Shown here piece after piece: positions 1-9,833 of a stretch of 64,000 bases of DNA. The notes under the pieces are model-generated. The model worked only from the letters and a program-made list of their open reading frames with translations. It was not told where the DNA came from and ran no database searches. The DNA comes from an uncultured Chloroflexia bacterium. Its GTDB lineage: Bacteria; Chloroflexota; Limnocylindria; QHBO01. The number at the start of each line of letters is the position of its first letter. Within the stretch, counting starts at the first letter, position 1. The stretch covers positions 20,311-84,310 of the forward strand of contig OY969424.1 of assembly GCA_963699235.1 (NCBI GenBank). Direction: 5' to 3'. The position numbers were made by a program, and so were the translations under genes.

Positions 1-351
1 CGCGGCGGCCGCTCGCGCCGTGCCCAGCTCCCCGTCGGGATGGGCCATCAGATGGAACGCGGTGGGGCACAGGAACAGGGGCCACGGCCAGCGGCGGCCG
101 AGGACCTCGACCGAGGTGTCAACGGTGGACACATCGCGCAGGACGCGGGGCAGGATCCAGCGGCGGCCGAACGCGCCGCGGTTCTCGGTCAGGGTCCGCT
201 CGTCGTTCGCCCCACCGCGGTAGTACGCGAGCGCGCCGGCCGGGAGGAGCGCGGCCGCGGCCTGCTCGTAGTCGTGGAGGTTGATGAGGGTCGGGTCGTC
301 AACCGGCTCGGGCTGGAAGCCGGCGAGGGCCGGTCGGGACGGCTCGCTCAC
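1..351 (-). CDS. FMN-dependent alpha-hydroxy acid oxidase/dehydrogenase, N-terminal part (continues off the window edge)
   Basis: Manual translation from GTG at 351: ...LINLHDYEQAAAALLPAGALAYYRGGANDERTLTENRGAF...LPRVLRDVSTVDTS...CPTAFHLMAHPDGE, the classic lactate/glycolate oxidase N-terminus. Confidence 0.85.
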   Translation of the reverse strand, partial: MSEPSRPALAGFQPEPVDDPTLINLHDYEQAAAALLPAGALAYYRGGANDERTLTENRGAFGRRWILPRVLRDVSTVDTSVEVLGRRWPWPLFLCPTAFHLMAHPDGELGTARAAAA

Positions 352-452
352 CGCGCCGCGGCCGGAGATGCGGCCAGAGCAGTGCGCGCGTCCATGTCCC
401 GATGGTAGCGCGGGACCGCGAGCCGGGCGGGGCGGCGGGTAGCATCGCGGAC

Positions 453-1628
453 ATGCCGCGCGACCCCGACGAGCCGCTCCCCGGCGCCCCCGACCCGTGG
501 GCCGGCTCCGACATGCCGGCCCTGCGATCCGGCCCTCCGTGGGCCATGACCGAGATGATCGCGGCCGAGCCGGCGCTCGTCGGCCGGCTGGTCACGCGCA
601 TGACCGCCGATCCGGCGCTGGCCCGCGTGGCCGATGCAGTCCGAGCGGCAGCAGCAGCGGGTGAGCCGATCACGGTCAGCGGCTGCGGAACGAGCCAGCA
701 CGCCGCCCTCGCGATCGCATCCCTGGTCCGCGGCGCGCTTGGCGAGGGCGGGCTGCGGACCGATGGCGTCCGGGCGGTCCAGGCGTTCGAGCTGGCCGGG
801 TATCCGCCTCCGGCGGGAGTGCTCATCGCGGTCTCCCACGAGGGCGGGACCGATGCCACGAACCGGGCACTCGAGCACGCCGGCGGTCGCGACGGCTCGA
901 CGGCGCTCGTCACGGTCAGCGACCGCTCACCGGGAGCGGCCCTCGCTCGCGACGTGCTCACCACGGAGGAGCAGGACCAGTCGTGGTGCCACACCGTGGG
1001 CTACCTCTCGCCACTCGTGGTCGGGGTCTGCCTCCACGCGGCGATCAGGGGGACCGAGGCAGACGCAGAGGCAGTGGGACGGCAAGTCGCGGCGGGACAC
1101 GACGAAGCGAACGCCGAACGGCTGGCGACGGCCCTTTCGAACGCTGACCGCTTCCTCGTCGTCGGCTCAGGGCCGGACTACGCGGCCGCCCGCGAGCTGG
1201 CGCTCAAGATCGAGGAGGGCGTCCATCTGCCCACGGTGGCTCACGAGCTCGAGACCATTCGCCACGGCCACCTCGGCGCCGCCACGGATCGGACCGGCCT
1301 GGTCGTGATCCTGACCGATGCCGACGGGCGTGGCACCGAGCTGCGGGACCGGGCCGCGGCCGTCCTGCGCTCCGGTGCGGCGCTGAGCATGCCGAGCGCC
1401 GTCATCGGCTCCGCGGACGTGTCCGAGGTGGCTGACACCGGCGGGCTCGCCGCGCCGAGCTGCCACCTCGTGCCACTCGAGCCGGGGCTCGACCGCCAGG
1501 TCGCCGGCATCCTGGCCCCGGTCGTCCCGCTCCAGCTGCTCACCGAACGCTTGGCCCGGGTGCACGGCATGAACCCGGACACCATCGGTCGCGAGGACCC
1601 ACGACACGCGGCCGCCGCCTCTGCCTGA
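453..1628 (+). CDS. SIS-domain sugar isomerase-like protein (GlmS/AgaS isomerase-type, two SIS domains)
   Basis: GCGTSQHAA, VSHEGGT, ARELALKIEEG and ELETIRHG motifs; start placed at ATG 453, after TAGCAT -10 box. Confidence 0.75.
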   Translation: MPRDPDEPLPGAPDPWAGSDMPALRSGPPWAMTEMIAAEPALVGRLVTRMTADPALARVADAVRAAAAAGEPITVSGCGTSQHAALAIASLVRGALGEGGLRTDGVRAVQAFELAGYPPPAGVLIAVSHEGGTDATNRALEHAGGRDGSTALVTVSDRSPGAALARDVLTTEEQDQSWCHTVGYLSPLVVGVCLHAAIRGTEADAEAVGRQVAAGHDEANAERLATALSNADRFLVVGSGPDYAAARELALKIEEGVHLPTVAHELETIRHGHLGAATDRTGLVVILTDADGRGTELRDRAAAVLRSGAALSMPSAVIGSADVSEVADTGGLAAPSCHLVPLEPGLDRQVAGILAPVVPLQLLTERLARVHGMNPDTIGREDPRHAAAASA

Positions 1629-1674
1629 CCCCACGACGGGCCACGTATGACGTTGTGGGACGTATGATCGGATT

Positions 1675-2589
1675 GTGGGCAGCCTGATCGAGTGCGTCCC
1701 GAATTTCAGCGAGGGACGCCGACCCGAGGTGCTGGACGAGATCACGCGGGCGATCCGCCAGATCGACGGCATCAGCCTCCTCGACGCGAGCCGCGACGAG
1801 TCCCATAACCGGAGCGTGGTGACGTTCGCCGGCGGGCCGGAACAGGTGGTCCGGGCCGGAATGGCGGCCGTCGGCCGGGCGCTGGAGCTGATCGACATGG
1901 AGCAGCAGTCCGGCGCACACCCGCGGATCGGGGCGGTGGACGTCTTCCCGTTCGTGCCGTTGGGAGCGACCCGGATGGAGGAGGTCGTGGACCTCGCCCG
2001 CCGCTTCGGGGAACAGGTGGGGAAGGTCTTCGAGCTGCCGGTCTACCTCTACGGGGAGGCGGCCCTCCGCCCGGAGCGGCTCCGGCTGGCAGACGTTCGC
2101 CGCGGGCAATACGAAGCACTCAAGGAGGAGCTCGGGGTCAACCCCGAGCGAACGCCGGACTACGGACCGGCCCGCCTCCATCCCCGCGGCGGGGCCATGG
2201 CCGTGGGGGCCCGCAAGCCGCTGATCGCGTTCAACCTGAACCTGGCCACCGATGACGTCGAGATCGCGCAGCGGATCGCCGAGACGATCCGCGAGTCGTC
2301 CGGCGGCCTCCCCGCTGTGCAGGCGATGGGGGTCATGGTCGCCGTTCCCGACGGGCGCAACCTGGCCCAGGTCAGCATGAACCTGGCCGATTGGGAGCGG
2401 ACCGGGATCCCGGCCGTCGTACACGAGGTCCGGCGCCTTGCCCGCCAGGCGGGAACGGACATCGACCACGCCGAGCTCATCGGCTTGGCACCGACGGCCG
2501 CGCTCCTCGAGGTCGCGGCCGACGCCCTGGTCATGCCCGGGTTCAGCCCCGACCAGGCCCTTGAGCTGCGATTGGCCCGCGACCGATGA
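1675..2589 (+). CDS. ftcD: Glutamate formimidoyltransferase (formiminotransferase domain only)
   Basis: LIECVPNFSEGR N-terminus, HNRSV, HPRIGAVDVFPFVP, GARKPLIAFN. Confidence 0.92.
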   Translation: MGSLIECVPNFSEGRRPEVLDEITRAIRQIDGISLLDASRDESHNRSVVTFAGGPEQVVRAGMAAVGRALELIDMEQQSGAHPRIGAVDVFPFVPLGATRMEEVVDLARRFGEQVGKVFELPVYLYGEAALRPERLRLADVRRGQYEALKEELGVNPERTPDYGPARLHPRGGAMAVGARKPLIAFNLNLATDDVEIAQRIAETIRESSGGLPAVQAMGVMVAVPDGRNLAQVSMNLADWERTGIPAVVHEVRRLARQAGTDIDHAELIGLAPTAALLEVAADALVMPGFSPDQALELRLARDR

Positions 2590-3785
2590 CCGCGCGACGC
2601 GCGGCCGGGGCGGCGCTCCTGATCGGGATCGGCGCCTGGCTGGTCATCTGGTTCCAGACTGAGCCCCGCGCCAACTTCGACTCGCTCGTGTATCACACCC
2701 ACGCCCTGGAGTACGCCGGCGAGTCCCGGGCGGAGGCGGACGGCCGGAGCTGGACGATCTACAGCCGATACGCCGCCGACCGCGAACGGCTCCTGATCGA
2801 AGAGGCCATCGACCACGGCACGTGGAGCACGCCGACCAACGAGCGCTGGATGGCCCTGTACCAGATGCGACCGCTGTACCCGGCCCTGGTCGCCCTCGCC
2901 TACCCCGTCCTCGACGCGCGGGCGCCGATGGCCGTCAGCGCCCTGGTCAGCGTGACCTTCGTCCTCGTCACCGTCCTCGGCTTCGGCCTCCTCTTTGGCT
3001 ACCGGGCGGCAGCCCTCGCCACGGCGGCAGCCCTCCTCCAGGTGAACTTCACCCACTGGCTCGTCTTCCTCACGACCGATGGCCTGGCCATGCTGCTGTG
3101 GACCGGATCCCTGCTCGGGATCGCGCTGTACGCCCGCAGCGGGCGGATCGCGTGGCTGGTGGCCATCGGCCTGGCCGTCCTGGCCCTGGCCCTGACGCGT
3201 CCCACCGGCTCGCTTCTCCCCCTGGTCCCGATCGTCTGCGCCGTCGCGGCCTTCGCGCGCCGGAACCCGATCTGGCGGCGGTTCGCGGCCGCCAGCGGCA
3301 TGGCCCTCGTCCCCGCGTTCGGGGTGGTGACGGTCCAGATGCTGCTGGGCTACCCCGGCCTGGACGACGTGCTACAGGAGATCCCGACCCGCCACTTCGC
3401 CCTGGCCGACATCGAGGAGCCGATCTGGTTCACGTTCCGGGTGAACAACTGGGCCATCCCGAACCGGCTGCTCCCGACCCTCCTCGAGCAGCCATTGCTG
3501 CTGGCAACCCTCGTCACGGGCATCATCGGCCTGGTCGTCCGCCGGTCGTGGACGGCGGCCCCGTTCCTGGTCGCGGCCCTCATCGTGCCGCTGGCGTGGG
3601 TCATCCACCCGGTCTGGTCCGATGCCGGCCGCATCCTGGCCCCGGCGTGGGTCAGCCTGAACCTGGGCATCGGCCTGTTCGGGGAGTGGGCGCTGGTCAC
3701 CTGGCGTGAGCCGATCCGGCGCGGGATCGGGTGGGCCACCAGCCCGCACTTCGAGGCGCAGGCGCCCCCTAGCATGGAGAAATGA
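2586..3785 (+). CDS. Polytopic membrane protein, possible GT-C-fold glycosyltransferase
   Basis: About 10 hydrophobic segments; RPLYP, TDG and TRP motifs reminiscent of ArnT/PMT-like proteins; ATGA overlaps on both sides. Confidence 0.55.
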   Translation: MTARRAAGAALLIGIGAWLVIWFQTEPRANFDSLVYHTHALEYAGESRAEADGRSWTIYSRYAADRERLLIEEAIDHGTWSTPTNERWMALYQMRPLYPALVALAYPVLDARAPMAVSALVSVTFVLVTVLGFGLLFGYRAAALATAAALLQVNFTHWLVFLTTDGLAMLLWTGSLLGIALYARSGRIAWLVAIGLAVLALALTRPTGSLLPLVPIVCAVAAFARRNPIWRRFAAASGMALVPAFGVVTVQMLLGYPGLDDVLQEIPTRHFALADIEEPIWFTFRVNNWAIPNRLLPTLLEQPLLLATLVTGIIGLVVRRSWTAAPFLVAALIVPLAWVIHPVWSDAGRILAPAWVSLNLGIGLFGEWALVTWREPIRRGIGWATSPHFEAQAPPSMEK

Positions 3786-5407
3786 CCATTCGGGCGGAGC
3801 TGGGGGCGGCCATCGTGGCCGCGCGCGACCGGGCCGTGACGGCCGGGGAGCTCACCCTGCCGGAGGGCACCGCTCTCCCCGAGCCCAATGTCCAGCGCCC
3901 GGCGCACGCGGAGCATGGCGACTACGCCACCAACGCGGCCATGCAGCTGGCGCCGCTCGCGCGCACCGCGCCGATGGCCATCGCCGAGGTCCTCGTCCGC
4001 CACCTCGAGCTGCCCGCCGCCGTGGGCGAGACGACCGTCCTCCCCCCGGGATTCATCAACTGGCGGCTCGACCCCGCCTGGGTGGCGAGCCAGGTCCCGG
4101 TCATCCTGGCCGCCGGCCCCGACTGGGGCCGGACCGATGGCTTCGCCGCCGACCGGTTCAACGTCGAGTTCATCAGCGCCAACCCGACGGGGCCGCTCCA
4201 CATCGGCAACGGCCGGGGCGGGTTCATCGGCGACGCCCTGGCCAACCTCCTCGAGGCTGCCGGTGCGGCGGTCACCCGCGAGTACTACGTCAACGACTAC
4301 GGCAGCCAGGTCCGCGACTTCGGCCAGTCGGTCTACCTCGCCCGGACCGGGCAGTCAGGCGAGGCCGGCTACCGCGGCGAGTACATCGGTCAGCTGGCGG
4401 CGGCTGTGCCCGACGAGGTGGTGGCGTCCACCAACCCGCTGGAGGCCATCGGGGAGTGGGCCTGGAACCGGGTCTACGACGACATCAAGAAGACGATCGC
4501 CCGGCTCCGGATGCGGATCGACGTCTATCGATCCGAGCGTGAGCTCCACGATTCAGGGGAGGTGGCGGCCGCCATCGAGCAGCTGCGGGCGGCGGGCCAC
4601 GTCTACGAGGACGAGGGCGCGACCTGGTTCCGCTCGACGACTTTCGATGACGACAAGGACCGGGTCCTCATCCGCTCCAACGGCCAGCCGACCTACTTCG
4701 CAGCGGATGTTGCGTACCTGCTGGACAAGTTCGAGCGCGGCTTCACCCGGCTGATCTACATCCTGGGCCCGGACCACCACGGGACGATCAAGCGCTGGAA
4801 GGGAGCGGCGTCCGGGCTGGGGCACGACCCCGACGCGGTCGAGTTCATCATCTACCAGCACGTGTCGCTGGCCGGAGGCGCGGCGATGAGCAAGCGGGAG
4901 GGGAGCTTCGTCACGCTCGACGAGCTGGTGGACGACGTCGGAGCCGATGCGACCCGCTTCCTGTTCACCCTCCGCTCGGCGAACCAGCACCTCGAGTTCG
5001 ACCTCGACCTTGCCCGGCAGCAGACGAACGAGAACCCGGTCTACTACGTCCAGTACGCCCATGCGCGCTGCTCGTCCATCCTCCGTCAGCCGGCAGCGGC
5101 CGCCTTCGACGCCGATCCGGGCGAAGCCGCCACGCTCCTTGTCCACCCGGCGGAGCAGGCCCTCATCCGCCACCTCATGCGGCTGCCGGAGGTCATCGCC
5201 GACTCCGCCGAGCGGCGCGAGACACACGAGCTGCCGCGTTACGCGATGGAGGTCGCGAACCTCTTCAGCCAGTTCTACCGCGACTGCCGGGTCCTGACCG
5301 ATGACGCCGCGCTGAGCGCGGCGCGGGTGGCGCTGGTCCGTGCCACCGGCCAGGTGGTCGCCAACAGCCTGGCCCTCATCGGAGTGGAAGCGCCCGACAG
5401 GATGTAG
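3782..5407 (+). CDS. argS: Arginine--tRNA ligase
   Basis: EFISANPTGPLHIGNGRG (HIGH motif), MSKREG (KMSKS), YVQYAHAR. Confidence 0.97.
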   Translation: MTIRAELGAAIVAARDRAVTAGELTLPEGTALPEPNVQRPAHAEHGDYATNAAMQLAPLARTAPMAIAEVLVRHLELPAAVGETTVLPPGFINWRLDPAWVASQVPVILAAGPDWGRTDGFAADRFNVEFISANPTGPLHIGNGRGGFIGDALANLLEAAGAAVTREYYVNDYGSQVRDFGQSVYLARTGQSGEAGYRGEYIGQLAAAVPDEVVASTNPLEAIGEWAWNRVYDDIKKTIARLRMRIDVYRSERELHDSGEVAAAIEQLRAAGHVYEDEGATWFRSTTFDDDKDRVLIRSNGQPTYFAADVAYLLDKFERGFTRLIYILGPDHHGTIKRWKGAASGLGHDPDAVEFIIYQHVSLAGGAAMSKREGSFVTLDELVDDVGADATRFLFTLRSANQHLEFDLDLARQQTNENPVYYVQYAHARCSSILRQPAAAAFDADPGEAATLLVHPAEQALIRHLMRLPEVIADSAERRETHELPRYAMEVANLFSQFYRDCRVLTDDAALSAARVALVRATGQVVANSLALIGVEAPDRM

Positions 5408-5430
5408 CTGCGGCTGGATCCGCAGTGCGG

Positions 5431-6693
5431 TCAGTCCAGCGGCCCAAACGCCGTCGTCAAGTCCTCGCTCGTCCCTTGGCGAACGACGACCGCTGTGTCG
5501 CTGATCTGACCGAGCTGGCCGAACAAATCGAGACGGCCGAGCGCATCGGTGTAGGCCGCCGCAAACTGGTCGGCGTCAGCCGGGGTATCGAAATCGAGGC
5601 GGAGCTCCACCGCGACGTCGCCGGTTGGGGACTCCAGGACCGTGATGCCGTCTCCACCCCATCCATTCGCCGCGTCGGCGGCCTCGGCCCCATCCACGCC
5701 CAGGGCGCCGAGCCAGATCGAGACCATGGCTTCCCCGAACGTGGATTCCATGACGACCTCGATCCCGGTCGTGAGCAGGATTTCGGAGGCCGGGACTGGA
5801 ATCGGCTCCTCGTTGTCGAGGTAGGCGTCGAAGTGGATGACCTGCTCGGTGGAGGCCGGCGGATCGGCCCACGCCTCGTCCACCGCGGCGAACCCGCCGC
5901 GGGCGTAGAGGAGCGAGGTGAACTGCGAACCGGCCAGGTACGGGAACTCGAGCTGGCGGACCATCCAGGCCGGGACGCCGCTCGTGTCGGGGACAGGCGC
6001 CTGGCTGATGTCCAGCATCTCCGCCGCGCTGAGGTTGTCGATGGCCCACAGGACCATGGCCGTCGTGGCATCGCCCTCGACCAGGGCCAGCGCGGCGTAG
6101 GCGGCGTCGTTGGCATCTAGGTTGTCCAGGTCCAGGGAGTCGGTGCCGAAGGTGGTGTCCTGGAGGGCGTGGGTGTACTCGTGGGCGTAGCTGACCTCTG
6201 CCTCAGGCGTCAGCTCGGCGTCGGTCACGACGACCATCGACCCGGTGACTGGGTCGTAGTAGCCCAGCACCCGGCTCGAGAGCAGCTGGAACTGGAGCTC
6301 GGCGTAGTCCTGGTCCGGCGCCAGCAGGCCCAGGGCGTGGTACAGGGCGTTGTCCGCCGCCTGCTGCTCGGGCGGGTAATCCTCGTCCCACCGCTCGGCG
6401 AGGCGCTGCTCCACCTCGGCGCGATTGAGGAGCTCCGGTGGACCGATATCGGCCGGCGGGACGTCCCGGATGTCCGTCACCTCGTCCTCGATGGCGGCCA
6501 GCGCCTCGTCGAGTGACGGCGTCCCTGCGACGCTCGGGCCGGCGGAGACGCTCGGCTCCGGGATGGGCGTCGCGCCCGCTCCGGGACCCAGCGCGATGGG
6601 AACGCCGAAGGCGCGCAGGGTCAGCACTGCCACCACGGCCAGGGTCAGGACCAGGGTCACCACGGCCACGACCCGTCGGGCGCGTGGGCTCAT
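5431..6693 (-). CDS. Membrane-anchored secreted protein with HExxH zinc-metallopeptidase-like motif
   Basis: N-terminal TM segment, Pro-rich linker, YAHEYTHALQD, ALVEGDA, PPASTEQVIH. Confidence 0.7.
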   Translation of the reverse strand: MSPRARRVVAVVTLVLTLAVVAVLTLRAFGVPIALGPGAGATPIPEPSVSAGPSVAGTPSLDEALAAIEDEVTDIRDVPPADIGPPELLNRAEVEQRLAERWDEDYPPEQQAADNALYHALGLLAPDQDYAELQFQLLSSRVLGYYDPVTGSMVVVTDAELTPEAEVSYAHEYTHALQDTTFGTDSLDLDNLDANDAAYAALALVEGDATTAMVLWAIDNLSAAEMLDISQAPVPDTSGVPAWMVRQLEFPYLAGSQFTSLLYARGGFAAVDEAWADPPASTEQVIHFDAYLDNEEPIPVPASEILLTTGIEVVMESTFGEAMVSIWLGALGVDGAEAADAANGWGGDGITVLESPTGDVAVELRLDFDTPADADQFAAAYTDALGRLDLFGQLGQISDTAVVVRQGTSEDLTTAFGPLD

Positions 6694-6917
6694 CGGTTGC
6701 TGCGGTCGGTCATCGGTCAGGCATTGTGGGGCAAAGGTTCAGGTTTCTTCACAAATGCGGGGGTTGTTCCTTCACGAAGCGAACCTATTGTCACCGTGCG
6801 AGTCAGAGATCCTTCGGGATTTCTCCTCCACCCTCCCTCCTTCGGGCGCCGGTGTCATTGGGCGGGCACCGGCGCTCGTGCTTTTCCGGCGCAGTTCTGC
6901 GGTAGCATCGCGGACCC

Positions 6918-7562
6918 GTGGAGATCACCTGGTATGGACGCGCCTGCTTCCGCTTGAAGGGCAAGCGAGCCGCCGTCATCACCGACCCCTGCCCCCCCAA
7001 GACCGGCTTCGTGGCGGGCAAGCACGACGTGGATCTCCTGACCATCTCGCACGACCATCCCGACCACGCCTACACCCGCTCCATCAGCGCCGGGATGACC
7101 CTGTCCCGCCCCGGCGAGTACGAGTTCGCCGACCTGCTGGTCACCGGTGTCCGCACATGGCATGACGCCGAGGAGGGCAAGGAGCGCGGCGAGAACGTGG
7201 TCTTCACCTTCGAGGTGGACGGGGTCCACATCTGCCATCTCGGTGACCTGGGCCACCTCCTGAGCGACGAGCAGCGTCACGAGATCGGCCCGATCGACGT
7301 GCTGCTCGTCCCGGCCGGCGGCCAGTTCACCATCTCTCCGGCGGAGGCCGCACAGGTGGTCTCGCAGCTCGAGCCCAAGGTCGTGATCCCGATGCACTTC
7401 GCCCTCGACGGTGGCTCGAAGGACCTCCTCGGGCCGGAGACGTTCCTCCACGAGCTCGCCACCGAGCCGATCCGCCTGCCCAAGGCCAGCCTCACGCCGA
7501 CGACGCTGCCGGAAGAGACGCAGGTGGTGCTCCTCGAAGCGCGAGGCCGCACCGCCGCCTGA
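6918..7562 (+). CDS. MBL-fold metallo-hydrolase (UPF0173-like)
   Basis: ITWYGRACF, SHDHPDH, HLGDLGH, VIPMHF. Confidence 0.88.
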   Translation: MEITWYGRACFRLKGKRAAVITDPCPPKTGFVAGKHDVDLLTISHDHPDHAYTRSISAGMTLSRPGEYEFADLLVTGVRTWHDAEEGKERGENVVFTFEVDGVHICHLGDLGHLLSDEQRHEIGPIDVLLVPAGGQFTISPAEAAQVVSQLEPKVVIPMHFALDGGSKDLLGPETFLHELATEPIRLPKASLTPTTLPEETQVVLLEARGRTAA

Positions 7563-7598
7563 GCTCCCGCGCCACTCGCGTCAGCGCGCAGCGCCCTC

Positions 7599-8810
7599 TC
7601 AGATCAGGGCCAGCTCCCGGCCGACCTTTTCGAACGCGGCGAGGCACTCGTCGAGGTCCTCGTCGCTGTGCTCCGAGGTCACGATCGTCCGGACCCGGCT
7701 CTTCGCCTCCGGCACGGTCGGGAAGCCGATCCCTTGGGCGAACACGCCCTCCTCGAACAGCCGATCCGACAGCTTCATGGCCAGCGCCCCGGCGCCGGCG
7801 ATGACCGGGGTGATGGGCGTCTCCGACCGACCGATGTCGAAACCGAGCCGCCCCAGCCCCTCCTTGAACCGGCGGGTGTTGGCCCACAGCCGCTCGATCC
7901 GCTCCGGCTCGGTCTCGAGGACCTCGATGGCGGCCAGGCAGGCCGCGGCCACGCCCGGCGGATGCGAGGTCGAGAACAGGAACGGGCGGGCGCGATGGAT
8001 GAGCATCTCGCGCAGCGAGGCCGGACCGGCGACGTAGCCGCCCAGGACGCCGATCGCCTTGGACAGGGTCCCGACCTGGACGTGGACCCGTCCGTGGAGG
8101 TCGAAGTGGTCCACTGTCCCCCGCCCGTTGCGACCGAGGACCCCCGACGCATGTGCGTCGTCAACGAAGACGATGGCCTCCGCCTCCTCGGCCGCCTCGA
8201 CGATGGCCGGCAGCGGGGCGATGTCACCGTCCATCGAGAACACGCCATCGGTGATGACCAGGATGGTCCGCTCCGCCCCGCCGTCCGCTGCCCGCAGCTC
8301 GCGGAGGGTGGCGCGGAGCGCATCGGTATCTCCGTGGGGGAAGACCTTCCGCTCGGCCTTGGTCAGCCGGATGCCGTCGATGATGCTGGCGTGGTTCAGC
8401 TCGTCGCTGACGATGACTGCGCCCTCGCCGGCCAGGATCGGGATGGTGCCGGTGTTGGCGGTGAACCCCGACTGGAAGGTCAGGGTGGCCTCGGTGTGCT
8501 TGAACTCGGCCAGGCGCGCCTCGAGCTGCTGGTGGATGCTCATCGTGCCGGCGATGGTGCGGACCGCGCCGGACCCCGCGCCCAGCTCCTCGGTGGCCGC
8601 GATGGTGGCGGCCTTCAGCTTCGGATGGGTGGCCAGCCCGAGGTAGTTGTTGGACGAGAGGGTGATGACGTCGCGGCCGTCGATCCGGCAGCGGGCGGCC
8701 TGCTCGCTCTCGACCACCCGGAGGCGGCGGTAGGTGCCCTTGGCCCGCATCTCCTCCAGCTCGACCTCGAGGAAGGCCATCGGGTTTCGGGTGGATCGGA
8801 CCGATGTCAT
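7599..8810 (-). CDS. kbl: Glycine C-acetyltransferase (2-amino-3-ketobutyrate CoA ligase)
   Basis: SSNNYLGL, SDELNHASIIDG, DGVFSMDGD, DDAH, GTLSKA (PLP lysine); translationally coupled to tdh. Confidence 0.88.
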   Translation of the reverse strand: MTSVRSTRNPMAFLEVELEEMRAKGTYRRLRVVESEQAARCRIDGRDVITLSSNNYLGLATHPKLKAATIAATEELGAGSGAVRTIAGTMSIHQQLEARLAEFKHTEATLTFQSGFTANTGTIPILAGEGAVIVSDELNHASIIDGIRLTKAERKVFPHGDTDALRATLRELRAADGGAERTILVITDGVFSMDGDIAPLPAIVEAAEEAEAIVFVDDAHASGVLGRNGRGTVDHFDLHGRVHVQVGTLSKAIGVLGGYVAGPASLREMLIHRARPFLFSTSHPPGVAAACLAAIEVLETEPERIERLWANTRRFKEGLGRLGFDIGRSETPITPVIAGAGALAMKLSDRLFEEGVFAQGIGFPTVPEAKSRVRTIVTSEHSDEDLDECLAAFEKVGRELALI

Positions 8811-9832
8811 GGCAGGAGCACCACCTTACCGGCATGGCGCGAGCCGAGCAGCTCGAGACCCTGCTCCCAGTCGGCGAGGTCGAACCGGTGGGTGAGGATG
8901 GGGGCCACGTTCAGCGCCCCCGACCGGAGCAGCTCCTGGGTCCGCTCCCAGGTGTCATAGATCCGGCGACCGAAGATGCCGTAGGCGCGGAGACCCTTCT
9001 CGATGAACAGGTTCGAGAGGTCGATCGCCACCGGCTCCCCGAAGATCCCCAGGAGGGAGATGCGCCCGCCGCGCGTCGTAAACCGCAGTGCCTGGTCCAG
9101 GGCGGCGCCGGACCCGCTCATCTCGAGCACGACTTCCACCCCGTCGCCGCCGGTGGCGGCCTGGACCCGCTCGACGGTGTCGGGCTGGCTGGCGTCCAGG
9201 ACGAGGTCGGCGCCCATCGTGGTGGCGAGCTCGAGACGGTACGGCTCGGTGTCGGTGGCAACCACGAAGGCCGCGCCGGCGGCCTTGGCGATCCCGACCG
9301 CGCACAGGCCGATGGGCCCGCAGCCGGTGACGGCGACGGTCCGGTCCGCGATCGGCTCCACGAACGCGGCGTGGACCGCGTTGCCCATCGGCTCCTGGAG
9401 GGCGACGACCGCCGGGTCGAGCCCGTTCGACTCCACCGCGTTGGCCTCGGGGATGACGACGTACTCCGCGAACCCGCCGTCGACGTGGGCGCCGATGACC
9501 CGCAGGTCGCGGCAGAGGTGCGGCGACCCGCTCTCGCATTGGGCGCATTCCCCGCAGAACAGGTGGGACTCGACGCCGACGAGGTCACCCTCGCGGACGC
9601 GGGTCACGCCGGGGCCGGTGGCCGCCACCCGTCCGGCCAGCTCGTGACCCAGGATGACCGGCGGCTGGATGTTCTCCGCCGCCCACCGATCCCACAGGTA
9701 CAGGTGGCGGTCCGTGCCGCAGACGCTGGCGGCTTCGATCCGGAGCTGCACCTCGCCTGGCCCCGGGACGGGGACCGGCGCGTCGATGATCTCGAACCCT
9801 GGCTCCGGTCGCGTCTTGGCCAGGGCCCGCAT
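8807..9832 (-). CDS. tdh: L-threonine 3-dehydrogenase
   Basis: CGTDRH, LGHE, CGECAQC..C zinc site, GCGPIG, EPMGNAVH; next to kbl; start trimmed to MRALAK. Confidence 0.88.
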   Translation of the reverse strand: MRALAKTRPEPGFEIIDAPVPVPGPGEVQLRIEAASVCGTDRHLYLWDRWAAENIQPPVILGHELAGRVAATGPGVTRVREGDLVGVESHLFCGECAQCESGSPHLCRDLRVIGAHVDGGFAEYVVIPEANAVESNGLDPAVVALQEPMGNAVHAAFVEPIADRTVAVTGCGPIGLCAVGIAKAAGAAFVVATDTEPYRLELATTMGADLVLDASQPDTVERVQAATGGDGVEVVLEMSGSGAALDQALRFTTRGGRISLLGIFGEPVAIDLSNLFIEKGLRAYGIFGRRIYDTWERTQELLRSGALNVAPILTHRFDLADWEQGLELLGSRHAGKVVLLP

Positions 9833-9833
9833 C

